Shown here piece by piece: positions 49,401-59,067 of a DNA stretch of 64,000 nucleotides. Both the position numbers and the translations under genes were made by a program. How positions within the stretch are numbered: the stretch's first letter is position 1; each line of letters opens with the position of its first letter. The stretch covers positions 5,152,001-5,216,000 of the forward strand of contig OZ244587.1 in NCBI GenBank assembly GCA_965218095.1, in the 5' to 3' direction. The notes under the pieces are model-generated. The model was not told where the DNA came from. It made no database searches and saw nothing but the letters and a program-made list of their open reading frames with translations. The DNA comes from Candidatus Poribacteria bacterium (GTDB lineage: Bacteria > Poribacteria > WGA-4E > PCPOR2b).

Positions 49401-52400
49401 CTGTGTCGTCTCACCATTTGTGTCAGAGAGCTTGACAGCCAGCCTAGCAAACGATTGATTGATAACGGCAAGCCCTTCCGCTGGAATGGGCGTTGGCGGA
49501 TCGGTGTTTGCCGTCACGGCAACGATAGCCGGGATAAGCGTATCGTAAACGAATGCTTGTTCCATATCTGCGTTGTTCCCCGCCTTGTCGAAGATTGACA
49601 GTTGGATGGTGTATTCGCCATCCGCACTCCCATCTCGTGGGAGGAGCTGGTTCAATTCCCAGGTAATCGACGATTGGGCTTCCTCTACCCTTTGGCGACC
49701 GGTAATGAGTGATTGATCTGGGGCTTTTAAGATAATCGTCGAATGGTCAAAATCGATGCCGGTGCCGGTATCATTGAGTGTCGCCTCAATATGTGTCAGG
49801 AGATTACTCACAATAGGATTCTCAGCCGGCAGGCGAGATTCCAGGGTGATGATAGGTAGCTGGCTATCGTAGGTAAACCGCCGGGTGTAATCTGCTGCTG
49901 TGCCTAGTTTGTTGACAAGATGCAGCTCAACAGTGTATCCACCGTCGGCGGCACCGTTGGTCGGCAGCGCTGCCTCCAAAATAAGTGTCAAATCCTTATC
50001 GTTCCGCAAAGCGCCGAGGATTTCGTCGCCGGATGCGCTTTTCAAGGTGATGGTTGACTGATCGAAATCGACTCCTTCCCCACTGTTATCGATCAGGAGG
50101 GCGCGGATTTCCTGGACACGGTTGACGATCGCATTGTCTGGTGGGGTCAATGTGTCAATGTCAGGAGCTTGGGTCGCATAGGTGAACTCGATTACCGAAA
50201 GGCTGCCAACATTACCCGCCAAATCGATAGGAGTGACTTCGATGCGGTAAACGCCATCCGCCCTTCCATCGGTTTTGAGTGGAGTAAATGACAAAGTGAT
50301 TTGATTCCCCCCGCTGCGTTTTGTGCCTGGGACGGTTGCATTTCCGGGAGCCATCAAGCTGACGACGGTCTCCACCAGATCTACACCACTCAAGTTATCC
50401 GTCAGCGTGACGGTGACGCTGTCCAACGCTGAAACTCGCGCGCCTTCAGCTGGCGTCGTGCTTGTGATTGCTGGCACCTGTGTGTCGAGGGTGAGGACAA
50501 AATCCGCCGTGAAGCTTCTGTCAACGAGATCCGTGTACTGGACGCTGACTGTATACTCGCCATCCGCTGAACCGTCGCGGGAGAGGGGCTTATCAATCGA
50601 CCAGATAAGACGGGCACCCGGTTCCTCTGCCGCCACGGATTTTGCCGCCACGATTGTGCCGTTCCTGCGGACAGCAATCGTTGATTTTGACGCTGAGAAA
50701 TCAAGCCCCACGCCGATGTAGTCGAACAGTTGCGCTTCAATCGTCGTTAGGGTGTTGATTCGGGTTTCGGTGGGCGTATTCAGACGAATCTCGGGCATCC
50801 GCGAGGCAACGAAAAATCGAGGACGGACTGTTGAGCCGGCGTTGCCGGCGCCATCCAGGGGCGTGATTTCAATGATATATTCTCCGTCGTCTGAACCGTT
50901 GATTGCCAGTGGTTCTGCCAATGTCAGGGAAATGGTGTCCTTACCGTTATTGCGAACATCTGTATTCACTGTACCTCCGTCGGCGCGAAGCAACTTCACG
51001 GTGGTCGCAGAAAAATCAATCCCGTTGCTAGTATTCAGGATGACCGACACCTGGGTGAGGGACGAGACAGTTTCGTTTCCTGCAGGATTAGTCGAAATGA
51101 TAGCGGGCGCCTGTGTGTCGTAAGTGAGATCAAAGTTCTCCGTTTGAGAATTACCCGCCTTGTCCGTCGATGTGACTCGAATGCGATAAGGGCCGTCCTG
51201 ACTCCCGTCGCGCATTTCAAGTGGCTGGGTCAGTCGAAATTCCAGCATGTTGTTATCTTCATCAGATGTCGTTGTTCCTTCAACTGGAACCTCTGCGCCA
51301 TTCTCCGGGACGATTGGGACCATTTCAATCGTCGTTGCGCCGAAGTCGACACCCCCGCCGTTTCCATCGTTGAACGTCGCGGTTATCAAGGACAGAGAAC
51401 TGCTTAGGAAGGTTTTTGCCCCTGCCGAAGCGTTCAGTTGAACCCCCGTTTCCGACGTGAGTGAAATCAACTTGGGTGCCTGGGTATCGTAGATGAAAGG
51501 AATTTGGCTCTCACCCGCGTCATTCCCTGCACGGTCCAGGGGCTGCACAGTAATCGTGTAAACACCGTCGTCAGAGCCATCCGCTGCGAGCGGAAACCCT
51601 AACGTCCAACGGATACCGTTTTCTCCAACGTGACGCTGGACTCCCGTTACCGCTTCCCTGGGACCGCTCAAGCGAATCGTCGATACACCAAAGTTCAATC
51701 CGGCATCAATGTTATCCTCTAGGATAGCCTCAACGAAAGTGAGTTGTACACCGGTACTTGCACCGGGAGTCAACTCACCGCCATCGGCTGCAAGTTTTGT
51801 TATGGTGGGTGCAACTGTATCGAAGGTAAATTGTACTTCGCTCTGGACGATGTTACCGGCTTTGTCTCCTCCAGAAACACTGACTGTATAAACCCCGTTT
51901 TCGTCACTGGTGTCGAGGGGTTGATCGAGCGTCAGTGTGACACGGTTGGTACTCTCATTGTGACTGAGAATCCCGCTGATTATGCCATTCTCATTTTCTA
52001 AAGTAATCTTTGTAAAGGTTGGACTAAAATCGATCGGACTTCCTTCACCCACGCTAAATATCGCCTCAATCTGTTCAACGGACGTGTTCCAAAATGCGTT
52101 CTGGCTCGGCGTTACCTGGGAAATGATTGGCGCCTCTGTATCAATTCGGATACTACCGATTCCAAACGTCCCTACATTACCACCTTTGTCGGTTCCGCGC
52201 AGTTGAAGGGTATACGTTCCGTCGCTCAGTAGCGTTCCTAAGCCATCACTCCCCGTCCAAGTAAATGAGTGATTCCCTAGAGAAACTGCTGGTCGATCTG
52301 ACGGATTGATAAATTCCAACTGAAGTGCCGCCAAATCCTCGGAGAGTCCGTAGCGGATCTGTGTTGCGTCTCTGATGGAATCCCCATTCGGTGACAAATC

Positions 52401-53033
52401 ACGTTGGGAAACAGCGGCTGATAGTTGCGGTGGCGTCTTGTCAATTACCGCTGAAAGCTCAATTGCAACGTATTCTGACTCCGCAGTATTCACGCTGTCG
52501 TTGGGAATAGCGTCAATTTCAATTTTAATCCGGTATCTTCCATCCTTGAGCGGGTGCGGATTTTTCTCACCCTGCTGTCTTGAAAAATCATTTCCGTCCC
52601 ACGCCTCGCGGATGGCTCTTGGACCGTCACTTGGATTAACGCCAGCACCAACCTCCCCTGTAATTACCCAATCATCTTCAAGATTAAATCGGCCATCAGG
52701 TGTACCGACGCCACTTGGGCCATGCGTATCGATCGTGATCCGGAAATCACCGAAATCGCCATCGGTAACAAAGCTGATAAGGAGGTTATCTTGTACACTA
52801 TCTCCATTTGGGCTAAAAACAGTATCCTCATCGGCATCATCAATCGCCTGCGGTGAGGTTTCAAAGCGTAACGCCCAAACCAGGGTTCCGCCTTGAATAA
52901 AGAAAAAGAACGGGAAAAATTGGAACAAAAGAATAAGGACGAATAAACAGTATCCGTTTTGAGAAAATAGAGTAGAAGAAGCTTGTTTTTTCTGGTACGG
53001 ACGGTGTTGTCTTGCAGTTTTGATAATTCGCAC
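46464..53033 (-). CDS. Giant Ig-like repeat exoprotein with FlgD-Ig domains and T9SS type A-like C-terminal tail
   Basis: Signal-like N-terminus, (F/L)SPNGD motifs, about 15 repeats with DGSxDGxYT...DxAGN...YDTQAP, C-terminus VWPNP...VARGVYIFRLEA...GKILVVE. Confidence 0.88.
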   Translation of the reverse strand: MRIIKTARQHRPYQKKQASSTLFSQNGYCLFVLILLFQFFPFFFFIQGGTLVWALRFETSPQAIDDADEDTVFSPNGDSVQDNLLISFVTDGDFGDFRITIDTHGPSGVGTPDGRFNLEDDWVITGEVGAGVNPSDGPRAIREAWDGNDFSRQQGEKNPHPLKDGRYRIKIEIDAIPNDSVNTAESEYVAIELSAVIDKTPPQLSAAVSQRDLSPNGDSIRDATQIRYGLSEDLAALQLEFINPSDRPAVSLGNHSFTWTGSDGLGTLLSDGTYTLQLRGTDKGGNVGTFGIGSIRIDTEAPIISQVTPSQNAFWNTSVEQIEAIFSVGEGSPIDFSPTFTKITLENENGIISGILSHNESTNRVTLTLDQPLDTSDENGVYTVSVSGGDKAGNIVQSEVQFTFDTVAPTITKLAADGGELTPGASTGVQLTFVEAILEDNIDAGLNFGVSTIRLSGPREAVTGVQRHVGENGIRWTLGFPLAADGSDDGVYTITVQPLDRAGNDAGESQIPFIYDTQAPKLISLTSETGVQLNASAGAKTFLSSSLSLITATFNDGNGGGVDFGATTIEMVPIVPENGAEVPVEGTTTSDEDNNMLEFRLTQPLEMRDGSQDGPYRIRVTSTDKAGNSQTENFDLTYDTQAPAIISTNPAGNETVSSLTQVSVILNTSNGIDFSATTVKLLRADGGTVNTDVRNNGKDTISLTLAEPLAINGSDDGEYIIEITPLDGAGNAGSTVRPRFFVASRMPEIRLNTPTETRINTLTTIEAQLFDYIGVGLDFSASKSTIAVRRNGTIVAAKSVAAEEPGARLIWSIDKPLSRDGSADGEYTVSVQYTDLVDRSFTADFVLTLDTQVPAITSTTPAEGARVSALDSVTVTLTDNLSGVDLVETVVSLMAPGNATVPGTKRSGGNQITLSFTPLKTDGRADGVYRIEVTPIDLAGNVGSLSVIEFTYATQAPDIDTLTPPDNAIVNRVQEIRALLIDNSGEGVDFDQSTITLKSASGDEILGALRNDKDLTLILEAALPTNGAADGGYTVELHLVNKLGTAADYTRRFTYDSQLPIITLESRLPAENPIVSNLLTHIEATLNDTGTGIDFDHSTIILKAPDQSLITGRQRVEEAQSSITWELNQLLPRDGSADGEYTIQLSIFDKAGNNADMEQAFVYDTLIPAIVAVTANTDPPTPIPAEGLAVINQSFARLAVKLSDTNGETTQMSGIDLVGTDIRLLAPGNAPVGINIRDDGVDIITVSFASLRQRGTYIVEITPQDLAGNVSGYAIEYKFNLELGRSSVSDVTIDDQSAPVAFVNRLDEIVATLVDVSGTGLDLTTDGSTTTVIGPNGEVDGDQASRGENQIVWTPLQLATDGSADGVYTVTVTPVDSVGRSGTPSRHQFTLDTQGPEVAAVTPIDFTQPISYIGQQLTQITAQVIDVGPAGLEIESQGLQLRNAQGDVVAADQTDDGNTQIFLTLSQPLATDGSDDGVYTVVLDLIDKARNLDTRSHKLVYDTQAPTLVSTDPADGALRSDDITLITVNLNDRGDSGIDFVASQLTLLDPSGNLISGKQNNDGHGKLTLQINGLAEDGNYTIRVQAVDRAGNGANAPFEANFTFSSGMPVVVSTLPKTTPAEEAFTNEPLRQVEVELQSDDGGSNRSTITLLSPEGTTVSGQQVRQGNKLIYRLLRELAADGSDDGIYTVSVTPVNSAGRRGTPEQFTFVYDTVPPEVDVETIRLIVAEPGVNNALNEIQVTITDDEPSSAIDWDNLDDSWLTLEAPPVTESSKSEPRRQIGGTLSSDEQQLLTFRLTISLANDGSQDGTYRVTIAPKDRAGNVTETVTYEFSYDTRPPTIDTGSLFIDEQPLLVDSNDPDYPSATNGGGGVIIDATLSDINPDGSRGLGVDLAQSSITVRSSEGNVISGTTTQNGSNRIRFKSGPLSEQGLYQVTITGVGLDDANLGFQPTDSISTQFLFETTKPVAELTDFGGETILEDESAPLQGTAHDPSASESGIPASEVALVEIVGTGPDDEPINPVVAEDNSEEEEEPWSRWSLDFLPAQSGEYNLDIRVTDRAGNVGVYDAVTANFSVSLIFKGPTYVWPNPLSFLRRSNGEIARFSFEVNVPGGEGAKITLSIYDFAGDLVYEKEFRDVSPGRNDNEVTWDLKNQSGTDVARGVYIFRLEAEDTVTNNHTNAVGKILVVE

Positions 53034-53271
53034 GCATTTCCCCCTACAATTGCCTGAATATTATTTAGCGGAGCTTGCCGATTTGTCGGTGGACATAACC
53101 CTTTTTCCGCTAAAATCGCAGCGCAACCGTGATTGCATTCACAGTTGGGACTCGATCTGTTTTAGACGCAAAAACACTCGTTTGGTTGAGACATTGGTTA
53201 GGGTAGAGGAAGGCGATTATTTCGGAGAGAACAATTAGGCTGTGCTTCACAACATTTTAAGATGGGGAATT

Positions 53272-53547
53272 CTACACTTGACGACTTTTGCGGCATCGAT
53301 TTTCTTCTCGCGCCGTTTGATACTGCTTTTGAGTGAGCGATTTGAGACGTAGATGTCGCGTTTCCAGACACTGTGAGCAACGCAACGCGATGTAATATTC
53401 TTCACTGAACATCTCATCGAGCCAGTCACCTCCTGCCGGCTGCTCATTCTTTGTCAATAAAAACTCATCGATTACTTCATATTCCCGGTTGCAGTCGGGA
53501 CAGACCTGCAAATCGTGTCCGATCTGGATAACAGCAAGCCAACTCAT
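53272..53547 (-). CDS. Small Zn-ribbon hypothetical protein
   Basis: CPDC...CSQC; RBS GAGAGGG; follows the serine hydrolase gene. Confidence 0.55.
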   Translation of the reverse strand: MSWLAVIQIGHDLQVCPDCNREYEVIDEFLLTKNEQPAGGDWLDEMFSEEYYIALRCSQCLETRHLRLKSLTQKQYQTAREENRCRKSRQV

Positions 53548-53574
53548 ATCTACCCTCTCAAATCGGCCAAATTT

Positions 53575-54948
53575 TTATACAAGCTTTTTGAACACGAAAC
53601 CGCCCAGCGCATAGCTGAACACACGGTCGTCATCGTCGAACTTGAAGACAGCCGTTTCGCCGGATGCACGCCCAGCGCGGACAAGCCATTCATTCTCCTT
53701 GTCGGTAGGCTCAAGCTCTGCCGGGGCGTGCAAGGAGTACGCTGACCCGCCGTGGCCAGCAAGCCGCAGCCTGCCGTCACGGTACTCGATATTTACATCG
53801 ATTCCAGGTTCGGCGCGGTAGTAACCGATAAAGCGGCGCAGGGCGTCGGGCATTGGTTCGAGCTTCGGTTGCTCGGGTGCTGAAGTCGCTGCCTCGTCGG
53901 CGTTCAACACCATTTCAAGGACTTCCTGCGCCAACTCAAGGCCGCCGTGCGGCGGCCACAGGTTGATAAGCACGACCGCTCCAGTCTTACTCGGAACGTT
54001 GAACCAGACCTGCGTGCTGAAGCCATGAATTCCGCCGCCGTGATTGTGATAGACATGGTTGCCAACGCGCGTCGCCAGCCAGCCGAGGCACTGCCCCGCC
54101 GACCAGTCCGTTTCGACGTACTGCGGCTGTTGAATCTCCGTGAGCGTTTGACCGTTTAGGATCTGTGCACCGTGGCGATGACCGCCGTCAGTTTTGAACT
54201 GGAACGACACCCACTCTGCGAGATCGCCGACGGTTGAGTGAAGTTGGCCCGCCGATGAAATGCCCTTCAGGTGGGCGTAGCACGCACGTTCAGGACTGTC
54301 CTGGTAGGGCGTCGGGTTGTAGCCGACGAAGAAGTGGGGGCGTAGTTCGTCTGTGAGGTCGAAAACAGTGGACGTGAGTCCAAGCGGCTCGATGATACTG
54401 GCGTGGACATACTCGGGGTATGACTCGCCGGTGACTCGGTACACCACTTCGCCGAGCAACCCAAATGCAAGGTTCGAGTACTTGAAGGCGGAGTCCTGGG
54501 GGATGACAATCTCCGTCTCTGGTAGTTTCGCAAGAACCTCTTCGCGGATTGGAAAGTTGAGTGCGTCCCAACCCTGCGTCGGCGACTCAGTGACTAATCC
54601 GGAGCGGTGGGTCAGTAAGCGCCGGATGGTCACGTCTTCGACAGCGACACAGGTGGAGCGAACCTGGGCAAATTCAGGAATGTGCCGCACCAGCGAATCT
54701 CCCAGCTTGAGCCGCCCTTCGTCCCGCAATTGCATGATGGCGGTGGTCGTAAACGTCTTCGTAACCGAAGCGACCCGGGCGATGGTGTTCTCATCTGGTT
54801 TTCGGTCTGAGTCAAGGTCTACAGCGCCGAACCCACCAAACCAAGCGAGCTCCTGGTCACGGATAATGCCCAGAGCCAAGCCGGGGAAGCGATACTTCGC
54901 CAGCTTCGTTGCGGCCAGCCGTTCGATGTCGGGTATCAGATCTTCCAT
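53575..54948 (-). CDS. Serine hydrolase (beta-lactamase/AmpC-like family)
   Basis: SVTK (SxxK), LLTHRSG, YSN, HGG. Confidence 0.9.
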   Translation of the reverse strand: MEDLIPDIERLAATKLAKYRFPGLALGIIRDQELAWFGGFGAVDLDSDRKPDENTIARVASVTKTFTTTAIMQLRDEGRLKLGDSLVRHIPEFAQVRSTCVAVEDVTIRRLLTHRSGLVTESPTQGWDALNFPIREEVLAKLPETEIVIPQDSAFKYSNLAFGLLGEVVYRVTGESYPEYVHASIIEPLGLTSTVFDLTDELRPHFFVGYNPTPYQDSPERACYAHLKGISSAGQLHSTVGDLAEWVSFQFKTDGGHRHGAQILNGQTLTEIQQPQYVETDWSAGQCLGWLATRVGNHVYHNHGGGIHGFSTQVWFNVPSKTGAVVLINLWPPHGGLELAQEVLEMVLNADEAATSAPEQPKLEPMPDALRRFIGYYRAEPGIDVNIEYRDGRLRLAGHGGSAYSLHAPAELEPTDKENEWLVRAGRASGETAVFKFDDDDRVFSYALGGFVFKKLV

Positions 54949-55009
54949 TCGCAATCTCCCATAATTGTAACCGCTTTGTTGAAGGATATTTGGTAATACC
55001 AATTGATCG

Positions 55010-56608
55010 TTATGACGAAATCACGCGGCCTTCACCGCGCGGATCTGTCCCTCCGGATTGTACCGCAGGGTCTTCCGAGACCACAATTCCGTGACCTGGT
55101 CCACCAATACCCTCCTGCGGCTCAACCTCATGACCAAGTTTTTGCAGATCTCCCAGGACAGCTTCTCCAGCCCGTTCTTCGACCTGAATGGGTTCAGCGC
55201 CCTCACTATGCAGCCGAGGCGCGTCCAGGGCTTCTTGGATGGTCATTTGCAGATCGATGAGATTCACCGAGATGCTGAGCTGATTGTTCAGAATCGTGCG
55301 GCCGCCGGGGATGCCATATGTCGCAAAGGGACGGTCATTCCGCAACGCAATAAACGGCGACATGTTGTGGAGCGGGCATTTGCCGGGAGCGATCGAGTTC
55401 ACCAGTCCCGGCCGTGGGTCGAAGCGCCCGACGCCGTGGCCCAGCAACAGCCCCGTACCCGGCACAGTAACCATTGAGCCAAACCCACCACCATGCGTCT
55501 GTGTCAAGGCGACCATATTTCCGTGGACATCCGCGGTAGAAATATGGCTGGTGCAACTGATCGGTTCGTGATATACGATTTTCCCCGGCTTGGGTGATTT
55601 CAGTCCATCCTTCAAACGAGGCTTGAGTTTGGTGGTGAATTGGTCGGAAAGTTCATCGGAGACATCAATTCCCACAAATTCCGGATCGCCAAATCGACTG
55701 AGACGCTCGGGCCAGCCGATTTTCATAGCCTCGGCGAAGAGGTGCATTCGCTCGACGAGGGCCATATTTCCGACATCATAACCCTCGATTAACCGTAGCA
55801 TCTGCAAGGTGGTCAGTCCTCCCGCACCCAGCGGCGGCGTGTAGAACTGATAGCCCCGGTAATGAATTTCATACGGCCGGACTATCTTGGGACGATAGTT
55901 CTGGAAATCTTCAAGGGCCAGGCACCCACCACTTTCCTGGATGTGATCGGTAATCTTTTTCGCGATGGGACCGTTGTAGAAAGCAGGCGCTCCACCTTCG
56001 GCAACCTTTTCCAGTGTTCGAGCAAGGGCGGGGTTTGTTAGCCGTTCACCCGGTTGCGGCGGACGCCCGTTTTTAAGGAACACCCGCGCTGTCTCCGGAA
56101 ACTCTTGAAGCCATCGTTCGGCATTAGCGGTGATACCGTCTCGATTAGCGCGGTTGGGCGCAAATCCGTAGCGGGCAGAACGAATGGCGAGTTTGAGAAT
56201 TTCATGAAGGGGCATGCTGCCGAATTGCTGAAGCGCCAAACACAATCCCGCCACCACGCCGGGGACGCCGACTGACAAGGGTCCGTGGATATTCACTCGC
56301 CCCGGCACCCGATAGCCCGCCGGCGTGTCTGTTTTTTCAATGGTAAACATCCGATCCGAGGCAGCAGCAGGGACGGTCGTGTTGTAGTCGATGGCGACGA
56401 CTTCTTTTCGCTCGGCGAGGGAAATGACCATACAGCCACCGTAGCCAGCCACACCGTTCTGGCTCGGTTCAACAACCCCCTCGGTGAAAGCGGCGGCGAC
56501 GGCAGCATCTACCGCATTACCGCCCTGTTTGAGCATAGCCATCCCAGCCCTGGCGGTTCTAGGATGCGGTCCGACTACGGTGCCGTATTTTCGTTGACGT
56601 GGTTTCAT
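55010..56608 (-). CDS. ggt: Gamma-glutamyltransferase family protein
   Basis: GGNAVDAA, VGVPG, CTSH nucleophile Thr, A.DAPRLH, DPRGEG. Confidence 0.88.
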   Translation of the reverse strand: MKPRQRKYGTVVGPHPRTARAGMAMLKQGGNAVDAAVAAAFTEGVVEPSQNGVAGYGGCMVISLAERKEVVAIDYNTTVPAAASDRMFTIEKTDTPAGYRVPGRVNIHGPLSVGVPGVVAGLCLALQQFGSMPLHEILKLAIRSARYGFAPNRANRDGITANAERWLQEFPETARVFLKNGRPPQPGERLTNPALARTLEKVAEGGAPAFYNGPIAKKITDHIQESGGCLALEDFQNYRPKIVRPYEIHYRGYQFYTPPLGAGGLTTLQMLRLIEGYDVGNMALVERMHLFAEAMKIGWPERLSRFGDPEFVGIDVSDELSDQFTTKLKPRLKDGLKSPKPGKIVYHEPISCTSHISTADVHGNMVALTQTHGGGFGSMVTVPGTGLLLGHGVGRFDPRPGLVNSIAPGKCPLHNMSPFIALRNDRPFATYGIPGGRTILNNQLSISVNLIDLQMTIQEALDAPRLHSEGAEPIQVEERAGEAVLGDLQKLGHEVEPQEGIGGPGHGIVVSEDPAVQSGGTDPRGEGRVISS

Positions 56609-56686
56609 AGAAAATTTTTCCTTTCGCTTAATTATTTGGCTTATGGGCTTATCACCAATATCAACCTTCTTTTGCTGATCCGGAAT

Positions 56687-57682
56687 TTACTCGAACTCGG
56701 ACAACTGAACCGGCGCATTTCGCTCGGCGCTCTGTTTAGCCGCCTCAATTACCGCCATCGAATGCCGCACAGACCGCCCACTTGCATTGGGCTCACCGCC
56801 TTTCAGGCAGCAAACCGCAAACTCCCGGATCTGGTTCGACATACCTTCTCCGTTCGCTCCCTCTACCGGAACTTCCTTTCCGTTGACGAGCAGTTTATTG
56901 TCCGCTAACATCATCGATCCTCTGCTCCCGACGATATATTGGTCGTGGGCGCTGGAGTGACAGACCACCGATTGTGACAGCACGCTCACCGCTCCATCTT
57001 CGTGATTCATCACGGACGTGTATGAATCCTTCTGCCCGTGATACAGGTCGGCGCTTTCCGTTCCCTGCGCGTAGACCTGAGTCACGGGTGAATCCAGATA
57101 CCAGTGGAGGATATCGTACTCATGTGGCCCAAAACAATAAAGCACACAGTTCCCCCCAACTTCGAGATCAAGGTACCAATGCCGAGAATCTCTCCCTGAT
57201 GGCACCGGGTTGAAAAAGCTGTATCGCCGCCGCATCAGATGTCCTACCTCTCCGATTTCTCCTCTGGCAATCATGTTCCGTATCATGCGATTCACCGGGT
57301 AGTATCGCATCACTTGGCCCACCATCAGGATCTTTCCGGCCCGATCGCATGCCTCGATCATCCGGTCACAATCCAGGAGCGTCAGCGCCATCGGCTTCTC
57401 CACCATCACATGCTTCCCCGCCTCTGCAGCCACTACTACCTGGTCGGCGTGCAGGTTGTGGGGCGTACAGACGTGGACTGCTTCCACTTCCGCATCCGCC
57501 AGTAGAAGCTCCAGACTCTTGTAAGCCCTGGCTCCAAACTCCCGCGCTGCCGCCTCTGCCCGGTCGGCATCCATATCCATGACTGCAACCAGCCGGATGT
57601 TTTCATTCACTTCAATGGCTTTCATGTGGGACGAGGCGATTCCTCCAGCGCCAATTACCCCAACAGACAGTACATCGCTCAT
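56687..57682 (-). CDS. Gfo/Idh/MocA oxidoreductase
   Basis: GVIGAGGIA, HVMVEKPMA. Confidence 0.9.
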   Translation of the reverse strand: MSDVLSVGVIGAGGIASSHMKAIEVNENIRLVAVMDMDADRAEAAAREFGARAYKSLELLLADAEVEAVHVCTPHNLHADQVVVAAEAGKHVMVEKPMALTLLDCDRMIEACDRAGKILMVGQVMRYYPVNRMIRNMIARGEIGEVGHLMRRRYSFFNPVPSGRDSRHWYLDLEVGGNCVLYCFGPHEYDILHWYLDSPVTQVYAQGTESADLYHGQKDSYTSVMNHEDGAVSVLSQSVVCHSSAHDQYIVGSRGSMMLADNKLLVNGKEVPVEGANGEGMSNQIREFAVCCLKGGEPNASGRSVRHSMAVIEAAKQSAERNAPVQLSEFE

Positions 57683-57918
57683 TTTCTGCCTCCTCGGCTT
57701 AGATCCCTACTCAATTCCAGAACCCTCCACCGGTGCAAACCGCGTCAAACTGGGCTCGGAACGTGGCTTTCATTATACACATATACGAATCTGCGTCAAT
57801 TAAAAAATACGATGTTCGGCCGAATCACAGCAAAATCTCTCATCATGTTCAACACATTGCAGATCGATGAAATTTCTGTGTTTGGACTGATGGGGCTCCT
57901 AAATACACATAAGCGGAC

Positions 57919-57947
57919 TTGACAGACCGCGGTTTTAAGGATATAAT
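57919..57947 (+). promoter_or_regulatory. Consensus sigma70 promoter
   Basis: TTGACA-17 bp-TATAAT. Confidence 0.7.
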
Positions 57948-58060
57948 ATTCACCGTTGAGCGATTGAAATCAGGCTGGAGGAAATCTTGAATAACTGAAT
58001 TGAAGAAGATTGGCCAGATTAGTTATAGGAGTTACGCACCTCATTAAGAAGGGGAACAAA

Positions 58061-58240
58061 ATGACGGAGTCGGTTTGGACATACGGTCACGGAAGCCGAT
58101 AACACCCTGTTTACCCAACTTACCCACAACACCAACCCGTTGCATTTTGACAAACGCTACGCCGAACAGACGAAGTGGAAGCGGATCCTGGTCAACAGTA
58201 CCTTTACCCTGGCTCTGGTGACCGGGATGAGCATTACGGG
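58061..58240 (+). pseudogene. MaoC-family dehydratase remnant
   Basis: TVTEADNTLFTQLTHNTNPLHFD..YA...W.RILVNSTFTL, out of frame with the ATG. Confidence 0.7.
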
Positions 58241-58629
58241 CGAACCTGGCGCCCCGCTGCAGAAGACAGGGCTGTTGCTGGTTGATCTGAGATGATGAGG
58301 GCAAGACTCTAATCCTATTAAGAAAGAGCGAATATGTGAGGAGTTGTAACTGTCTATGGCAAAGGTGAAAATGGCTTGGCTTCATTGGGAATTGAAGATA
58401 CGGGAGGGATTGTAACCGCCCATGGAAAGGACGGCAAGAGTAGTAGTACAATGATTATAGATGAGGCCAACGGTTATGTGATAGTTGCTGGAAAGGATGG
58501 GAAAAGCAGCGCTGCTCTATCGTCTCTATCAGGAATAAGACAGTTTTAGAAAGGAATTAAAAATGCAACGGTTTCTTGTTTCACGAGAAGTAGGTTTGAT
58601 AATTAACATTGACCAAGTGGTTGGAGTTG

Positions 58630-58899
58630 CTTAAGGTCCAGGTTCCGTGCACCCCCGTGAACACAGTAAAGGAGGCGTTTCGCGATCCGCAGGTGGCTAA
58701 AGATGAGATAATCCTTGAGATTCCACATCCGGAGTTCGGCGTTGTTCGCTAGGTAGCTTCCCCGATCAAAATTAGCGATTCCAAAGTCGAGCGCCGCCGT
58801 GGTCCAAAATTCAGTGAACACGTGGATGAGATGCTGAAAGATTATCTCAAAATGTCGCCGGAGGACGTTAAGGAACTCCGGCGAGAGGGTGTTCTTTAA
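58630..58899 (+). pseudogene. Class III CoA-transferase (CaiB/BaiF) C-terminal remnant
   Basis: PVNTVKEAFRDPQV...HPEFG..*VASPIKIS...GPKFSEH.DEML...LRREGVL*. Confidence 0.7.
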
Positions 58900-59067
58900 G
58901 CCCTCCGGATGAATGATGAAATCTGCATTAGATATAGATGCCCCTTCTATCGTGTCGATATGGTATAGTTTTAATTGGAGATGTATTCTCAACCCGAATT
59001 ATCAATCCGCGGAACAGGATTAACACTCAACAGGAAGATTACCCACCTAATAGATAAGGGAAATAAA

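Noticed and set aside
53575-54948. Antibiotic-resistance beta-lactamase
   Set aside because: SxxK/YxN are present, but HGG replaces KTG and there is no signal peptide; more consistent with a generic serine hydrolase.
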